64,000 nucleotides of DNA. It comes from Candidatus Bathyarchaeota archaeon (GTDB lineage Archaea; Thermoproteota; Bathyarchaeia; Bathyarchaeales; Bathycorpusculaceae). The translations under genes were made by a program, and so were the position numbers. The stretch is from NCBI GenBank assembly GCA_963833575.1, contig CAWHXY010000006.1, forward strand, positions 224,001 to 288,000, read 5' to 3'. Shown piece after piece: positions 20,495 through 29,932 of the stretch. Each line of letters starts with the position of its first letter. Positions within the stretch are counted from its first letter, which is position 1. The notes below the pieces were generated by a model. That model was not told the DNA's origin. It did not search any database and saw only the letters and a program-made list of their open reading frames with translations.

Positions 20495-21844
20495 ATGCTT
20501 CGCTTGTGGTTTGACAAAGGCACACTTCTTTTGAAAGGCGAAGTGGGAACTCCTTACGGAAAATGGGATCCAAGAGTTGGCTGCTACAGAATTAAATCAT
20601 ACCATTATCGAGATGTTTTGGAGTACTTTGCTGAAAGCCGACTTAGAGTTGGGGATGACTCTCCAGCGCTGCCCCCTATTGAACAGATTAAAAGCAATGT
20701 TGCGCTCAGGGATTACCAGAACGAGGCTTTGGACAATTGGTACCGAGCCCGCAACAGAGGGATTCTGGTATTGCCAACTGCAGCTGGAAAGACCTTCATC
20801 GCGTTAAAGGCAATTGAACGATTAAAAGTGCAGACGTTAATTGTTGTTCCAACATTGGACCTGATTGATCAATGGAGAAAACGGGTAAAGGAGTGCCTTA
20901 ACTTGGAAGTAGGTGCTGTTTGCGGAGGTGAAAACACCATTCGGATGGTGACGATTACAACATATGATTCAGCATACATACGCGCGGGACAGCTCGGCAA
21001 CAAATTCATGTTACTAGTTTTCGATGAGGTCCATCATTTAGCGTCTACAGGGTACATCCAGATTGCTGAGATGTTTATTGCACCTTACCGTATGGGCTTA
21101 ACTGCCACATACGAAAGAAGTGATCAGAGGCATTCTCTTCTCTCTCAACTTGTCGGCGACCCAGTTTATTCAGTTGGCATCGAAGAACTATCGGGAGAAC
21201 ATCTCTCGCCATACACGTACGAAAAAATACTAGTTGAGCTGACTCCCCAAGAGCAACAAATCTACGAGTCGCAAATGGCGATTTTTAGAAGCTTTCTTCG
21301 AAAACGAAAAATCATTTTGAGAAGCCCTGCCGACTTCCAAAAATTCATAATGACTACGGGAAAGGATCCTAAGGCTCGCGAAGCATTACTCGCAAGAAAC
21401 CGAGCCGTGAAGGTTGCAGTGAACTCTGAAACCAAGCTAAAACTGTTAGCCCAAAAACTTGAAGATTACAAGAATGAGAAAATCCTGATTTTTACTCTCT
21501 TTAATGATCTGGTTTACACAATCAGCATGCGCTTTTTAATTCCAGCGATCACATATCAGACACCTAGGGAAGAACGTCGAGAAATATTGTCAAATTTCGG
21601 GAAAGGCAAGTACCCCGTTGTTGTTACTTCTCAGGTGCTCGACGAAGGTTTGGATGTACCCGACGCTTCAGTAGGCTTAGTCTTAGGTGGGACGGGAAGC
21701 AACAGAGAATACGTCCAAAGACTCGGACGATTACTCAGAAAGAAAGAAGGCAAAACAGCTCAGCTAATCGAAATAGTTTCCAAAGAAACAATGGAAGTAG
21801 CGACAAGTCGCAGGCGCCACCAAAAAACTGGAGAAGCAGCATAA
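20495..21844 (+). CDS. xpb: XPB/Rad25-like SF2 helicase
   Basis: LRDYQ, PTAAGKT, DEVHH, GLTAT, QRLGRLLR; adjacent to Bax1. Confidence 0.85.
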   Translation: MLRLWFDKGTLLLKGEVGTPYGKWDPRVGCYRIKSYHYRDVLEYFAESRLRVGDDSPALPPIEQIKSNVALRDYQNEALDNWYRARNRGILVLPTAAGKTFIALKAIERLKVQTLIVVPTLDLIDQWRKRVKECLNLEVGAVCGGENTIRMVTITTYDSAYIRAGQLGNKFMLLVFDEVHHLASTGYIQIAEMFIAPYRMGLTATYERSDQRHSLLSQLVGDPVYSVGIEELSGEHLSPYTYEKILVELTPQEQQIYESQMAIFRSFLRKRKIILRSPADFQKFIMTTGKDPKAREALLARNRAVKVAVNSETKLKLLAQKLEDYKNEKILIFTLFNDLVYTISMRFLIPAITYQTPREERREILSNFGKGKYPVVVTSQVLDEGLDVPDASVGLVLGGTGSNREYVQRLGRLLRKKEGKTAQLIEIVSKETMEVATSRRRHQKTGEAA

Positions 21845-23401
21845 ATGTTTCCAAGCAATTTGCTTTCAGTGTGGAAAAGAAAAGGCGAGATCCTACCGCG
21901 ATACGCCAAACCTTCCACAATTAACGATGAGGCTGCGAACACTCTAATCGAAGCTTACAAGGTACACATTGGAGAAAAAAAGAAAGCCCTAAAAGCCATA
22001 GTCACGGAATTGGAAGACAAAGGCTACGAGTACCGCTTTGTCAGGGCACTGTCATTGCTGCTTGACCGAAAAAGCACATTTGTCTTTCAGAGCAAAATTG
22101 ACCCTGTTGATTTGCGCAGAAAAATATTTCAGGTCACCGAAAAACTGGGTATACCTACTACTTCTGAAAAAAGACAAAAAATACTAGCAATCGTAGCTTC
22201 TGAAATGAGACTATCAAAAGATGATGTTGAAAAAAATTTTTACTCTGATTTAGATAGTGAATTGGTTCTTGAGAAGTTTAGGGCGCCTTCAGCCTTTGAG
22301 CTGCTGGAGGAATATAATTTGGGGTTGACGCAGACGTTACTTTTTGATGCTACAGAGCTAAATTTCACAGCTTCAGGTAACTGGCAAGATATCTTCCATG
22401 CGATAAAGAAATTTGGGTTGATTTATGAAGTTTGCAACGATAATGGTTTGTGGGTTAAAATAGACGGCCCAGGCAGCTTGTTCAAGCTAACTCGAAGATA
22501 CGGAGTGGGGATGGCCAAGCTGTTGCCAATCATCATCGCTAACCCCGATTGGAAGATTAATGCAAAGGTTCTATGGAAATTTACAAACGAAATCTACGAC
22601 TTCAAAATTGAAAGCCAAAAATACGCATCTTTACTAAAGAAACCGCGCTTGCCCACTGTGATTTATGACAGCTCTATGGAATTGGATTTTGCCTCCCAGT
22701 TTCAAGCCTTAACTACTGGCTGGGTTTTGAAAAGGGAACCTGAACCTGTAATTGCCGGGAAAAACGTGATTATTCCCGATTTCTCCCTCGAAAAAGCGGG
22801 TATCAAAATCTTTTTGGAAATTGTTGGATTCTGGACAGAAGAGTATTTGCTGCGGAAAATAGAGAAATTAAAGCAAGTAGAAGTAAAAACGCTTCTATTG
22901 GTTAACGAGTCTTTGGCTTGCGAAAAACTCTCTGCCTTAGAAAAACGCTCACAGATTGACATTATTTATTACCACAACAAAATTCCTCTCGGTCCGATCT
23001 TGAGATATTTGGAAACAAAATTTGAAGAAGCCAAATCTAAAGAAATCACGCTTCTAGAGAGTTTGACAATTAAATTTACTGAACCAATAGTTTCTTTCAA
23101 GGAATTTGCTGATAGAATTGGCGTTTCAACGGAAGCGGCAAGAGCCTTCCTTGTAGCGAATCCACCTTCAGGCTATATCGCGATAGCTAATACTTTGATT
23201 AGTAACAAAAAACTTCTGCAAATCGATGCAAGAATTAAAGAAAACATAAGTCGTTTGGGAAAACTACGTCTTAGAGAAGCAGCAAGAATCATCGAAGAGG
23301 AGGGAGTAGATGACTCAGCTAATGTTTTGGCAGCACTTAGCTACAAAATCCTGTGGCGGGGAATCGATAGCGATCAAGCACAAGTGGAACCATCACAATG
23401 A
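21845..23401 (+). CDS. bax1: Bax1 (DUF790) endonuclease, partner of XPB
   Basis: YSDLDSE, YNLGLTQTLL, DGPGSLF, REPEP...IPDF...EIVGFWT. Confidence 0.85.
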   Translation: MFPSNLLSVWKRKGEILPRYAKPSTINDEAANTLIEAYKVHIGEKKKALKAIVTELEDKGYEYRFVRALSLLLDRKSTFVFQSKIDPVDLRRKIFQVTEKLGIPTTSEKRQKILAIVASEMRLSKDDVEKNFYSDLDSELVLEKFRAPSAFELLEEYNLGLTQTLLFDATELNFTASGNWQDIFHAIKKFGLIYEVCNDNGLWVKIDGPGSLFKLTRRYGVGMAKLLPIIIANPDWKINAKVLWKFTNEIYDFKIESQKYASLLKKPRLPTVIYDSSMELDFASQFQALTTGWVLKREPEPVIAGKNVIIPDFSLEKAGIKIFLEIVGFWTEEYLLRKIEKLKQVEVKTLLLVNESLACEKLSALEKRSQIDIIYYHNKIPLGPILRYLETKFEEAKSKEITLLESLTIKFTEPIVSFKEFADRIGVSTEAARAFLVANPPSGYIAIANTLISNKKLLQIDARIKENISRLGKLRLREAARIIEEEGVDDSANVLAALSYKILWRGIDSDQAQVEPSQ

Positions 23402-23457
23402 GAATTTCATTTTTTGTTTTGTATAGCTTCAACTGCAAAACTTGCTAATCCAAGTAA

Positions 23458-24390
23458 TTATTGGCTTTTATTATATGGCTCTCTTAGCTGGTTCGATTTC
23501 ATGAATAGTTGTTTTAATTCTTCGTCACTCGCGCCCTGGCGCATGGGTGTCAGGATGTCGATTAGGTTATCATTTCTCATGAGACAAGGTTTTAGTTTGC
23601 CGTCGCTTGTAACGCGCATTCGGGTGCAGTGCATACAGAAGTCGCTGTTTTCTATCGGATGTACTACTTCAACGGTTACTTTGGGCAGATGATAAATTAA
23701 CCGGTCGTGCATGAATGGTCTTTTCTCAACAGTTACAGCTTTTTCTTTAAGCATTTGCTCTTGCTCATCTAAACTGCGGTGATGCGTCGAATAGTAGCTA
23801 CTTGTTACATTTATGGGATCAAGCTCTATCAGCTGCAATATAACGCCAGTTTTCCGAGAATACTCTATCATCTCTGGTACGTCGCCCACATTTACGTCTT
23901 TTAAGAGAACCATATTGAGCTTTACTGGGCAGAAACCAGCTTCAACGGCTGCTTTGACTCCTGCTAATGCCTGGCGCAGATTTCCTCCCGTTAATTTATG
24001 ATAAGTTTCCGGATTTATTGATGGCAAACTAATGTTAACGCGTTTCAATCCGCGTTCGTGTAAAATCATAGCAGTGTCATTGAGCAATAAACCGTTAGTT
24101 GTTAGTGACAAATCCTTTAAGCCAGGCAATGAGCATATTCCAGAGATGATTTCAGGGAGGTCTTTGCGCATGAGTGGTTCTCCACCTGTAAGTTTTACTC
24201 GTGCAATGCCCAAGCTAACAGCTATTTTGGCTATTCGCACAATTTCTTCAACCGTCATTTTCTCTGCGGAAACGTTGGCGTGTTTTACTTCGCCTTCCCT
24301 GTGGCAGAATAAGCAACGATTGTTGCACTGCTGAGTAATCGATATCCTGAGGTTAAGAAGTGGTCTGCCACAATTATCCGTTAAACTCAT
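23458..24390 (-). CDS. moaA: GTP 3',8-cyclase MoaA
   Basis: LRISITQQCNNRCLFCH, LTGGEPL, FCMHCTRMRVTSDGKLKPCL. Confidence 0.95.
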   Translation of the reverse strand: MSLTDNCGRPLLNLRISITQQCNNRCLFCHREGEVKHANVSAEKMTVEEIVRIAKIAVSLGIARVKLTGGEPLMRKDLPEIISGICSLPGLKDLSLTTNGLLLNDTAMILHERGLKRVNISLPSINPETYHKLTGGNLRQALAGVKAAVEAGFCPVKLNMVLLKDVNVGDVPEMIEYSRKTGVILQLIELDPINVTSSYYSTHHRSLDEQEQMLKEKAVTVEKRPFMHDRLIYHLPKVTVEVVHPIENSDFCMHCTRMRVTSDGKLKPCLMRNDNLIDILTPMRQGASDEELKQLFMKSNQLREPYNKSQ

Positions 24391-24393
24391 TCG

Positions 24394-24927
24394 TTATTCC
24401 CGCGCGTGCTTAACGATGTGAGGAGCCTCAGGCAAAATAAGCATTTCTACCGCAACTCGCACTGCATCAGGGGAACCTGGGATACAAAACAAAGCTTTGC
24501 CCTTGGCTACTCCAGCCGCGGCACGGGACAAAACCGCAGCAGAACCAACCCGATCGAAACTTATACGCCTAAAAAACTCGCCGAATCCTGGCAGGGTTTT
24601 CTCAAAAAAAGGTGTTACCGTTTCGATTGTTATGTCTGTTGTAGTGATTCCTGTTCCGCCAGAGAAAATCGCTACATCCAAATCCGACAAACCCAAGGCA
24701 TCTTCCACAGCATCCTGAATTATTGTTTCGTCGTCAGCAATTATTTTTTTAAAAAGCACGTTTTGACCAGCGTTTCTAAGTAAATTGACAATTGTGTCGC
24801 CTCCAACATCACTAATCTCCGCTTCGCCTTGCTCAATTAGCTTGTTACGTGATGTGCTACAGACGTAAATGCAGAAATTCAAAACTTTAGGTGCCTTAGA
24901 CTTATGTTCTTTAGAGCTTTCACTCAT
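24394..24927 (-). CDS. moaB: Molybdopterin adenylyltransferase MoaB/MogA
   Basis: GGTGITTTDIT, LPGFGEFFR, LSRA, IPGSP; start reassigned to MSESS. Confidence 0.9.
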   Translation of the reverse strand: MSESSKEHKSKAPKVLNFCIYVCSTSRNKLIEQGEAEISDVGGDTIVNLLRNAGQNVLFKKIIADDETIIQDAVEDALGLSDLDVAIFSGGTGITTTDITIETVTPFFEKTLPGFGEFFRRISFDRVGSAAVLSRAAAGVAKGKALFCIPGSPDAVRVAVEMLILPEAPHIVKHARE

Positions 24928-24931
24928 ACGT

Positions 24932-25369
24932 TCACGCCTGCTTAAACTTGCGCACAACATGAATATTCTCAATCGCTGTAGAAGGATACTGCCCAGCTGC
25001 GTCTTTTTCATATTGCTTGGTCATGTCCCAAACAGTTAACAGGGCTACAGAAACCGCGGTTAATGCTTCCATTTCTACTCCAGTTTGCGCCTTCGTTTTA
25101 ACAGTAGCTGTAGCCTGCACTGTGTTCTTGTCAGATACTTTGACGTCAACTTCCACGTTTGTTAGAGGCAAGGGGTGACAAAGGGGAATTAGATCGCTTG
25201 TCTTCTTGGCTGCAATTACGCCTGCGATTTTCGCTGTGTAAAGCGGGTCGCCCTTTGCGATTTTTCCATTTGTAATTAAATTAATTGTCTCAACCTTCAA
25301 CTTTATAGTTCCGGTTGCAGTCGCTTCACGAAAAATTTCAGCTTTGCCTGATACATCAACCATTGCCAA
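24932..25369 (-). CDS. moaC: Cyclic pyranopterin monophosphate synthase MoaC
   Basis: MVDVSGK, LIPLCHP, TGVEMEAL, WDMTK. Confidence 0.95.
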   Translation of the reverse strand: MAMVDVSGKAEIFREATATGTIKLKVETINLITNGKIAKGDPLYTAKIAGVIAAKKTSDLIPLCHPLPLTNVEVDVKVSDKNTVQATATVKTKAQTGVEMEALTAVSVALLTVWDMTKQYEKDAAGQYPSTAIENIHVVRKFKQA

Positions 25370-25426
25370 AGTTTTTTCCTCTAAGAACTTTATGTTCAGT
25401 TGAATATTTTGTTTTCCGCTCTTTTA

Positions 25427-25720
25427 TTACTTGGTGTGGAGACCTTTTGTTTTTTCTTGATCTTCTTTCCAAGTTTCTATTAGGTTTTGAACAGCTTTGG
25501 CTTTCGTTGAACCCACATTAAATCTGTACATCCGAACTCGGCCGTAAGTGAGCTCCTGTAGAATTCCCTCAGCCTCTAAAATTTTTAAGTGTTCAGAAGT
25601 CGAGGCAAAATTGGTTTTAAGCCGCCTTGCAATATCTGAAACATTAAGCGAACCCAGATCATTGATAAGTTTTAAAATTTTCATTCGAAGCTTTGATGAA
25701 AAAATCTCTTCTATCTCCAT
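25427..25720 (-). CDS. ArsR-like winged-helix protein
   Basis: FSSKLRMKILKLI...LNVSDIARRL...HLKILEAEGIL. Confidence 0.8.
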   Translation of the reverse strand: MEIEEIFSSKLRMKILKLINDLGSLNVSDIARRLKTNFASTSEHLKILEAEGILQELTYGRVRMYRFNVGSTKAKAVQNLIETWKEDQEKTKGLHTK

Positions 25721-25727
25721 AGCCTTT

Positions 25728-26921
25728 TCACCTGCTTCCTGTTTCTTGGTTTATTGAGGCAGCTAATTCTTTTTCTAGTTCACTTGCTGGAATTGAGAGC
25801 AAAGAAACCTGAGTAGACCTACCACGTGTAGTGGAGCTTCGGACTTCGACCTTCAAGATTTTCAAAGAGGAAAGGAACTGGGCGTAATTCCACAGTTGTG
25901 TGTGACTGTTCGGTTGTTCACCCATCTCTTCACAGATCACAGAATATGTTTTTTCTACTTCAGATAATAAAGCGTAAGCCTGCTCGTTCTGCTCCTTGAA
26001 GTAACGTGCTACTGCAAGCAAAAACAGTCTTTCGTGTAATCCAAGCCCTGCTAAATCGCTTCGCTTTGTGCCTGGAATAATATTGGATATCGCCATGCGA
26101 ACGCATTCAGGTTCAACCATTCCTGCCTCTTCCGCGTCAGCATATTTGCCAGCACGCCATAATAATTCAATTCCAAAACGGGCATTTCCAGTTTCTGTAA
26201 AAGCCAACTCAGCAATCAACCCAACAACATCTTCCTCTACTGCTCCCAATTCAAAAGCCATAGAAACACGCTGGTTCAAAATGTCTACAAGCTGTTCTTT
26301 GCCATAACGTTCCAAATGTACGATGCTCCGCTGAAGTGTGCTACTTGCGCTGGCATCCAACCGCTCAAGAGATTTTAGATCACGCATAATAAAAATAAAG
26401 GACAACCTTTGCGGTTTGCCCTGGCGCATTTCCTGCAGACGGGTCAGCTTATAAACGGCATCTGAACCTTCATTCTCGATTAAACTGTCAAATTCATCTA
26501 ATGTTAACACCATGAAAGTGTTTTCTTCATCTAAAACCTGAATTAACGTTGAGAGAACTTCGTCGACAGAGTAGCCACGGGCTGGATATTTGGGACGAAA
26601 AATGGTCACAGCTTTATGTAGAATCGGTTGCAGACTTCCGCGGTATTCACGGCAGTTAAGGTGCGCATAACTGAATTTTATGGCTCGTTTGTTAGCTTCT
26701 GATGTGATGCTGGCTCCGAAATGTTGAGCAAGAACCGTTTTTCCTGTGCCCACATCACCAGTTATGATAACTCGCTGAGACATTCGTTCTGGGCAACGTG
26801 TGAGGAAACTGTAGAATTCCATTAGTAAACGGTGTTCTTTTTCTCTATGAGGCAATGTTTGCGGAATGTAATTTATGTCAAGCTTGGCCTCATCTTTGAA
26901 CACGCTACGACGCGAAGACAA
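25728..26921 (-). CDS. cdc6: Orc1/Cdc6 family replication initiator
   Basis: YIPQTLPHRE, GDVGTGKT, LDEFD, GNARFGIELL, C-terminal wH. Confidence 0.9.
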   Translation of the reverse strand: MSSRRSVFKDEAKLDINYIPQTLPHREKEHRLLMEFYSFLTRCPERMSQRVIITGDVGTGKTVLAQHFGASITSEANKRAIKFSYAHLNCREYRGSLQPILHKAVTIFRPKYPARGYSVDEVLSTLIQVLDEENTFMVLTLDEFDSLIENEGSDAVYKLTRLQEMRQGKPQRLSFIFIMRDLKSLERLDASASSTLQRSIVHLERYGKEQLVDILNQRVSMAFELGAVEEDVVGLIAELAFTETGNARFGIELLWRAGKYADAEEAGMVEPECVRMAISNIIPGTKRSDLAGLGLHERLFLLAVARYFKEQNEQAYALLSEVEKTYSVICEEMGEQPNSHTQLWNYAQFLSSLKILKVEVRSSTTRGRSTQVSLLSIPASELEKELAASINQETGSR

Positions 26922-26986
26922 ATTTGAATCCTCAATGAATTTGACTTCTCAATATATTACTGAGTCTTAAAACAAAAGCCTAATAA

Positions 26987-27583
26987 ATGCATTCTGTAAT
27001 CATTGTTTCCGAACCCGAAATGATACCAAAATACTTCTTCTTCACTAAAGGAGTCGGCAAGCATAAAGAGCAACTCCAATCATTCGAATTAGCCCTCAGA
27101 GATGCAGGCATACAAATGTGCAACCTCGTCAGCGTTTCAAGTATAGTGCCACCAGCATGCGAGCAACTTACCCGTGAAAAAGGCATGAAAATGGTGCAGC
27201 CAGGCGAAATCACCTTTGTAGTTATTGCCAGAAACGCAACCAACGAGCCACATAGGCTTGTCGCGTCATCCATAGGCGTAGCTATCCCTTCGGGCAAAAA
27301 CCAGTACGGTTACCTCTCAGAACACCACTCCTACGGACAAACCGATGAGACAGCAGGCGACTATGCAGAAGACTTAGCAGCAACCATGCTTGCAACAACC
27401 ATGGGTATCCAGTTTGACCCAGAAACAGCATGGGACGAACGCAAACAACTTTTCAAAACCACAGGATTAATCATCAAAACAGCCAACATAACACAATCTG
27501 CAGCAGGAGACAAAAACGGTTTATGGACAACAACCGTTGCAGCAGCCGTATTCGTTCCCGAAAACAACAAACCAAAAGAGTAA
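26987..27583 (+). CDS. pdaD: Pyruvoyl-dependent arginine decarboxylase
   Basis: [21 protein letters not shown] (Ser-Ser cleavage site), YGYLSEH; true start may be ATG 27020. Confidence 0.9.
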   Translation: MHSVIIVSEPEMIPKYFFFTKGVGKHKEQLQSFELALRDAGIQMCNLVSVSSIVPPACEQLTREKGMKMVQPGEITFVVIARNATNEPHRLVASSIGVAIPSGKNQYGYLSEHHSYGQTDETAGDYAEDLAATMLATTMGIQFDPETAWDERKQLFKTTGLIIKTANITQSAAGDKNGLWTTTVAAAVFVPENNKPKE

Positions 27584-27775
27584 CAATTTTATTTTTTCTT
27601 TTATTAGCTCCTCACAAAAGTTGAAATAAACCCCGAAAGGGTTACAATCTTTTTAATTCTTACCAGCTATTTTATTATCACATTCAAAAGTTCCGAGAGT
27701 TAAGAACAGCGAAACGACTTGACTGGAAACTTCTTATCCTTCCAACGCCAATGAGACCTGACAGGAAGAGAGAAA

Positions 27776-28249
27776 ATTAGCGCAACGATAGAGTTCCCAA
27801 AAAAATTCACAGTAATCGGCAACCTTTCCCTCGCCTTCTGGATCGCACTAGACACCGTAGGTTTACTCCTCATCAATTTGACAGCTGGGGTAGTATTTCT
27901 ATTGGCTGCACTCGTCGCTATTTACGGGATACTAAAGTTTCTTGGCTGCCTCAGACCGTGTTACAACTGCAAAAAATGTACCTTTGGCTTAGGCAGATTA
28001 GCCGCTTTGTATTTCGGAAAACGCAACCTCAAAGACTACAAATACAACTACAAATTAGGCACAGCCCTCTTTTTCTACGCATTAATCGGTCCATTTCCCG
28101 CAACAGTCTTGCTTATCTCGACAGTTCAAGAGTTTACGATAATCAAAACTGTGGTTGTTGCTGTTCTATTGACATTTTCAATTTATAGCGCAACGACTTG
28201 GCGCACTGCCAACAAACAGGATAATCCTAAAACGCCAACGTCAAATTAA
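27776..28249 (+). CDS. Membrane protein with CxxCxxC motif
   Basis: Track ORF 27878-28249 extends in frame upstream to ATT 27776 and gains another TM helix; CLRPCYNCKKC. Confidence 0.6.
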   Translation: MSATIEFPKKFTVIGNLSLAFWIALDTVGLLLINLTAGVVFLLAALVAIYGILKFLGCLRPCYNCKKCTFGLGRLAALYFGKRNLKDYKYNYKLGTALFFYALIGPFPATVLLISTVQEFTIIKTVVVAVLLTFSIYSATTWRTANKQDNPKTPTSN

Positions 28250-28277
28250 TAGTGGCTTTCTAAAGCTCAAATTATAA

Positions 28278-29078
28278 TTATTTTGGATTGAAGAATGTTT
28301 CCAGCTTTTGGTTTTCGCTTTTCTTGAGAACTTCGGCACAGGTTTTCGGATCTAACGCCTTAAACTCTAAGCCAAGCGTAACTAGCATCCTCTGAACATC
28401 TTTGGCGAGGCTAGGAGCAACCAACACGGCGCGAACTTCCCGATTTACTTTGGCTTTGATGGGTTCAATGTACTTTGCCAATTGCAAGGCGGCTTCTTTT
28501 GAAGCAGTTTTACGTTTAACTTCAACAATGACTAGCTTGCCGTTTTTGTCTTCTCCATAGATGTCCACGAAACCAGGCTCAACTTTTTTCTCCCAACTAA
28601 TCGGTTTAAAACCTTCTTCTAGAAGCTCAGGCTTAAGGAGAATCGCTCGGTGCATGTCATCTTCGCTTGCATGTAAAAGAAAATCTCCTGAATCAGACAG
28701 ATTAAGCGACGAAACCATGTAAACGCTTTCAAATGTTACACGAACACTTTCATGTGGCTTTTGCCGAACTCCATGAACCTCTATTCCGTTATCTTTGACT
28801 TGCACGTGAAAGACGCCGCCAGCTGGTTGCCAATTTACCGGTTCGTACCCAACCGGACGGTGCACAAGAAGTGAACCATCTGACTTAATGATTAAGATTC
28901 GTTCTCCAAGTTCAAGCGTTGAGCTAGCCCTGCCAACATAATGTACATGACATATGCCTGCGACAATCAGAGTTCTTCTCTGTTCGAAGGCACGCTCTAT
29001 CAACGTGGCAGCTTCCACTAAAGTTGGGAGCGTTAACACTGAGAGTTTGTTTGATTGCTGCAATTTGTTTTCAGCCAA
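28278..29078 (-). CDS. nucS: Mismatch endonuclease NucS/EndoMS
   Basis: YVGRASS, KSDGSLLVH, PVNWQP, VDIYG...VEVKR, QLAKY. Confidence 0.95.
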   Translation of the reverse strand: MAENKLQQSNKLSVLTLPTLVEAATLIERAFEQRRTLIVAGICHVHYVGRASSTLELGERILIIKSDGSLLVHRPVGYEPVNWQPAGGVFHVQVKDNGIEVHGVRQKPHESVRVTFESVYMVSSLNLSDSGDFLLHASEDDMHRAILLKPELLEEGFKPISWEKKVEPGFVDIYGEDKNGKLVIVEVKRKTASKEAALQLAKYIEPIKAKVNREVRAVLVAPSLAKDVQRMLVTLGLEFKALDPKTCAEVLKKSENQKLETFFNPK

Positions 29079-29128
29079 CTATTTTAGTCAGAGCTTGGGT
29101 ACATAAGATTTCTTGAAGGAAAACAGCA

Positions 29129-29680
29129 TTGACTGGATGGAAAGACAAGCGCAAAGTGATGCAACGTTACGACTTAACGGCGCAAATGTATGATGAGCGG
29201 TATACGGAGGAGCAAAATACGAAATATTTGGCATCACTTGAAAATCTTGATTTGCTGAGTTGCGATGTTCTAGATGTTGGTTGCGGATCAGGCTTGTTTT
29301 TCAGCCAAGTTGCGGCTCAAGCTAGCTTGGTTGTGGGAGTTGACATTTCGCGCAAGTTGCTACTTAAAGCCAAAGAGCGAGCGGGTGTTTTTGGTAATGT
29401 TTTGGTTTTGCAAGCTGATGCTGATCACTTACCTTTCAAAGAATCAGCTTTTGACATGGTTTTCGCGTTTACTGTGCTTCAGAACATGCCTAAACCAAAT
29501 GAAACGTTAAACCAGTTAAAGCGTGCTACTAAGGTTGGCGGCAGAGTTGTGGTGACGGGGCTAAAGAAGGCTTTTCCGCTACCTGTTTTCATGGATGTTC
29601 TTGAAGGCTCTGGTTTAGCAGTGGTTAGTTTTGTTGACCGTGAAGATTTGAAATGTTACGTTGCGGTGTTAGCTGCTTAG
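29129..29680 (+). CDS. Class I SAM-dependent methyltransferase
   Basis: VLDVGCGSG, GVDIS, ADADHLPF. Confidence 0.9.
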   Translation: MTGWKDKRKVMQRYDLTAQMYDERYTEEQNTKYLASLENLDLLSCDVLDVGCGSGLFFSQVAAQASLVVGVDISRKLLLKAKERAGVFGNVLVLQADADHLPFKESAFDMVFAFTVLQNMPKPNETLNQLKRATKVGGRVVVTGLKKAFPLPVFMDVLEGSGLAVVSFVDREDLKCYVAVLAA

Positions 29681-29932
29681 CATAACATTATCATGGTTTA
29701 TTCGGTTTTCACAATCTTCTGATTTGATTTTTAGCCATTTCAAAATAACGTTTATTTAAAATAGAGCAGGGTTAATGAAACCGAGCGCTGTTTAAATTAA
29801 CAAAATGGCTGAGGCAAAAATGATTCAATCATGCAAATTCACTGGTTTAATCGGCATAAACTTGTCAAATTGTTTTAATAAGACGTTTTTCCATTAAATA
29901 CGATCGCTTAATTTAGAGGCATAGAAAGCTTA

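Noticed and set aside
27690-27732. ORB-like CTGGAAAC near cdc6
   Set aside because: Single partial match with no G-string or inverted partner, and separated from cdc6 by pdaD
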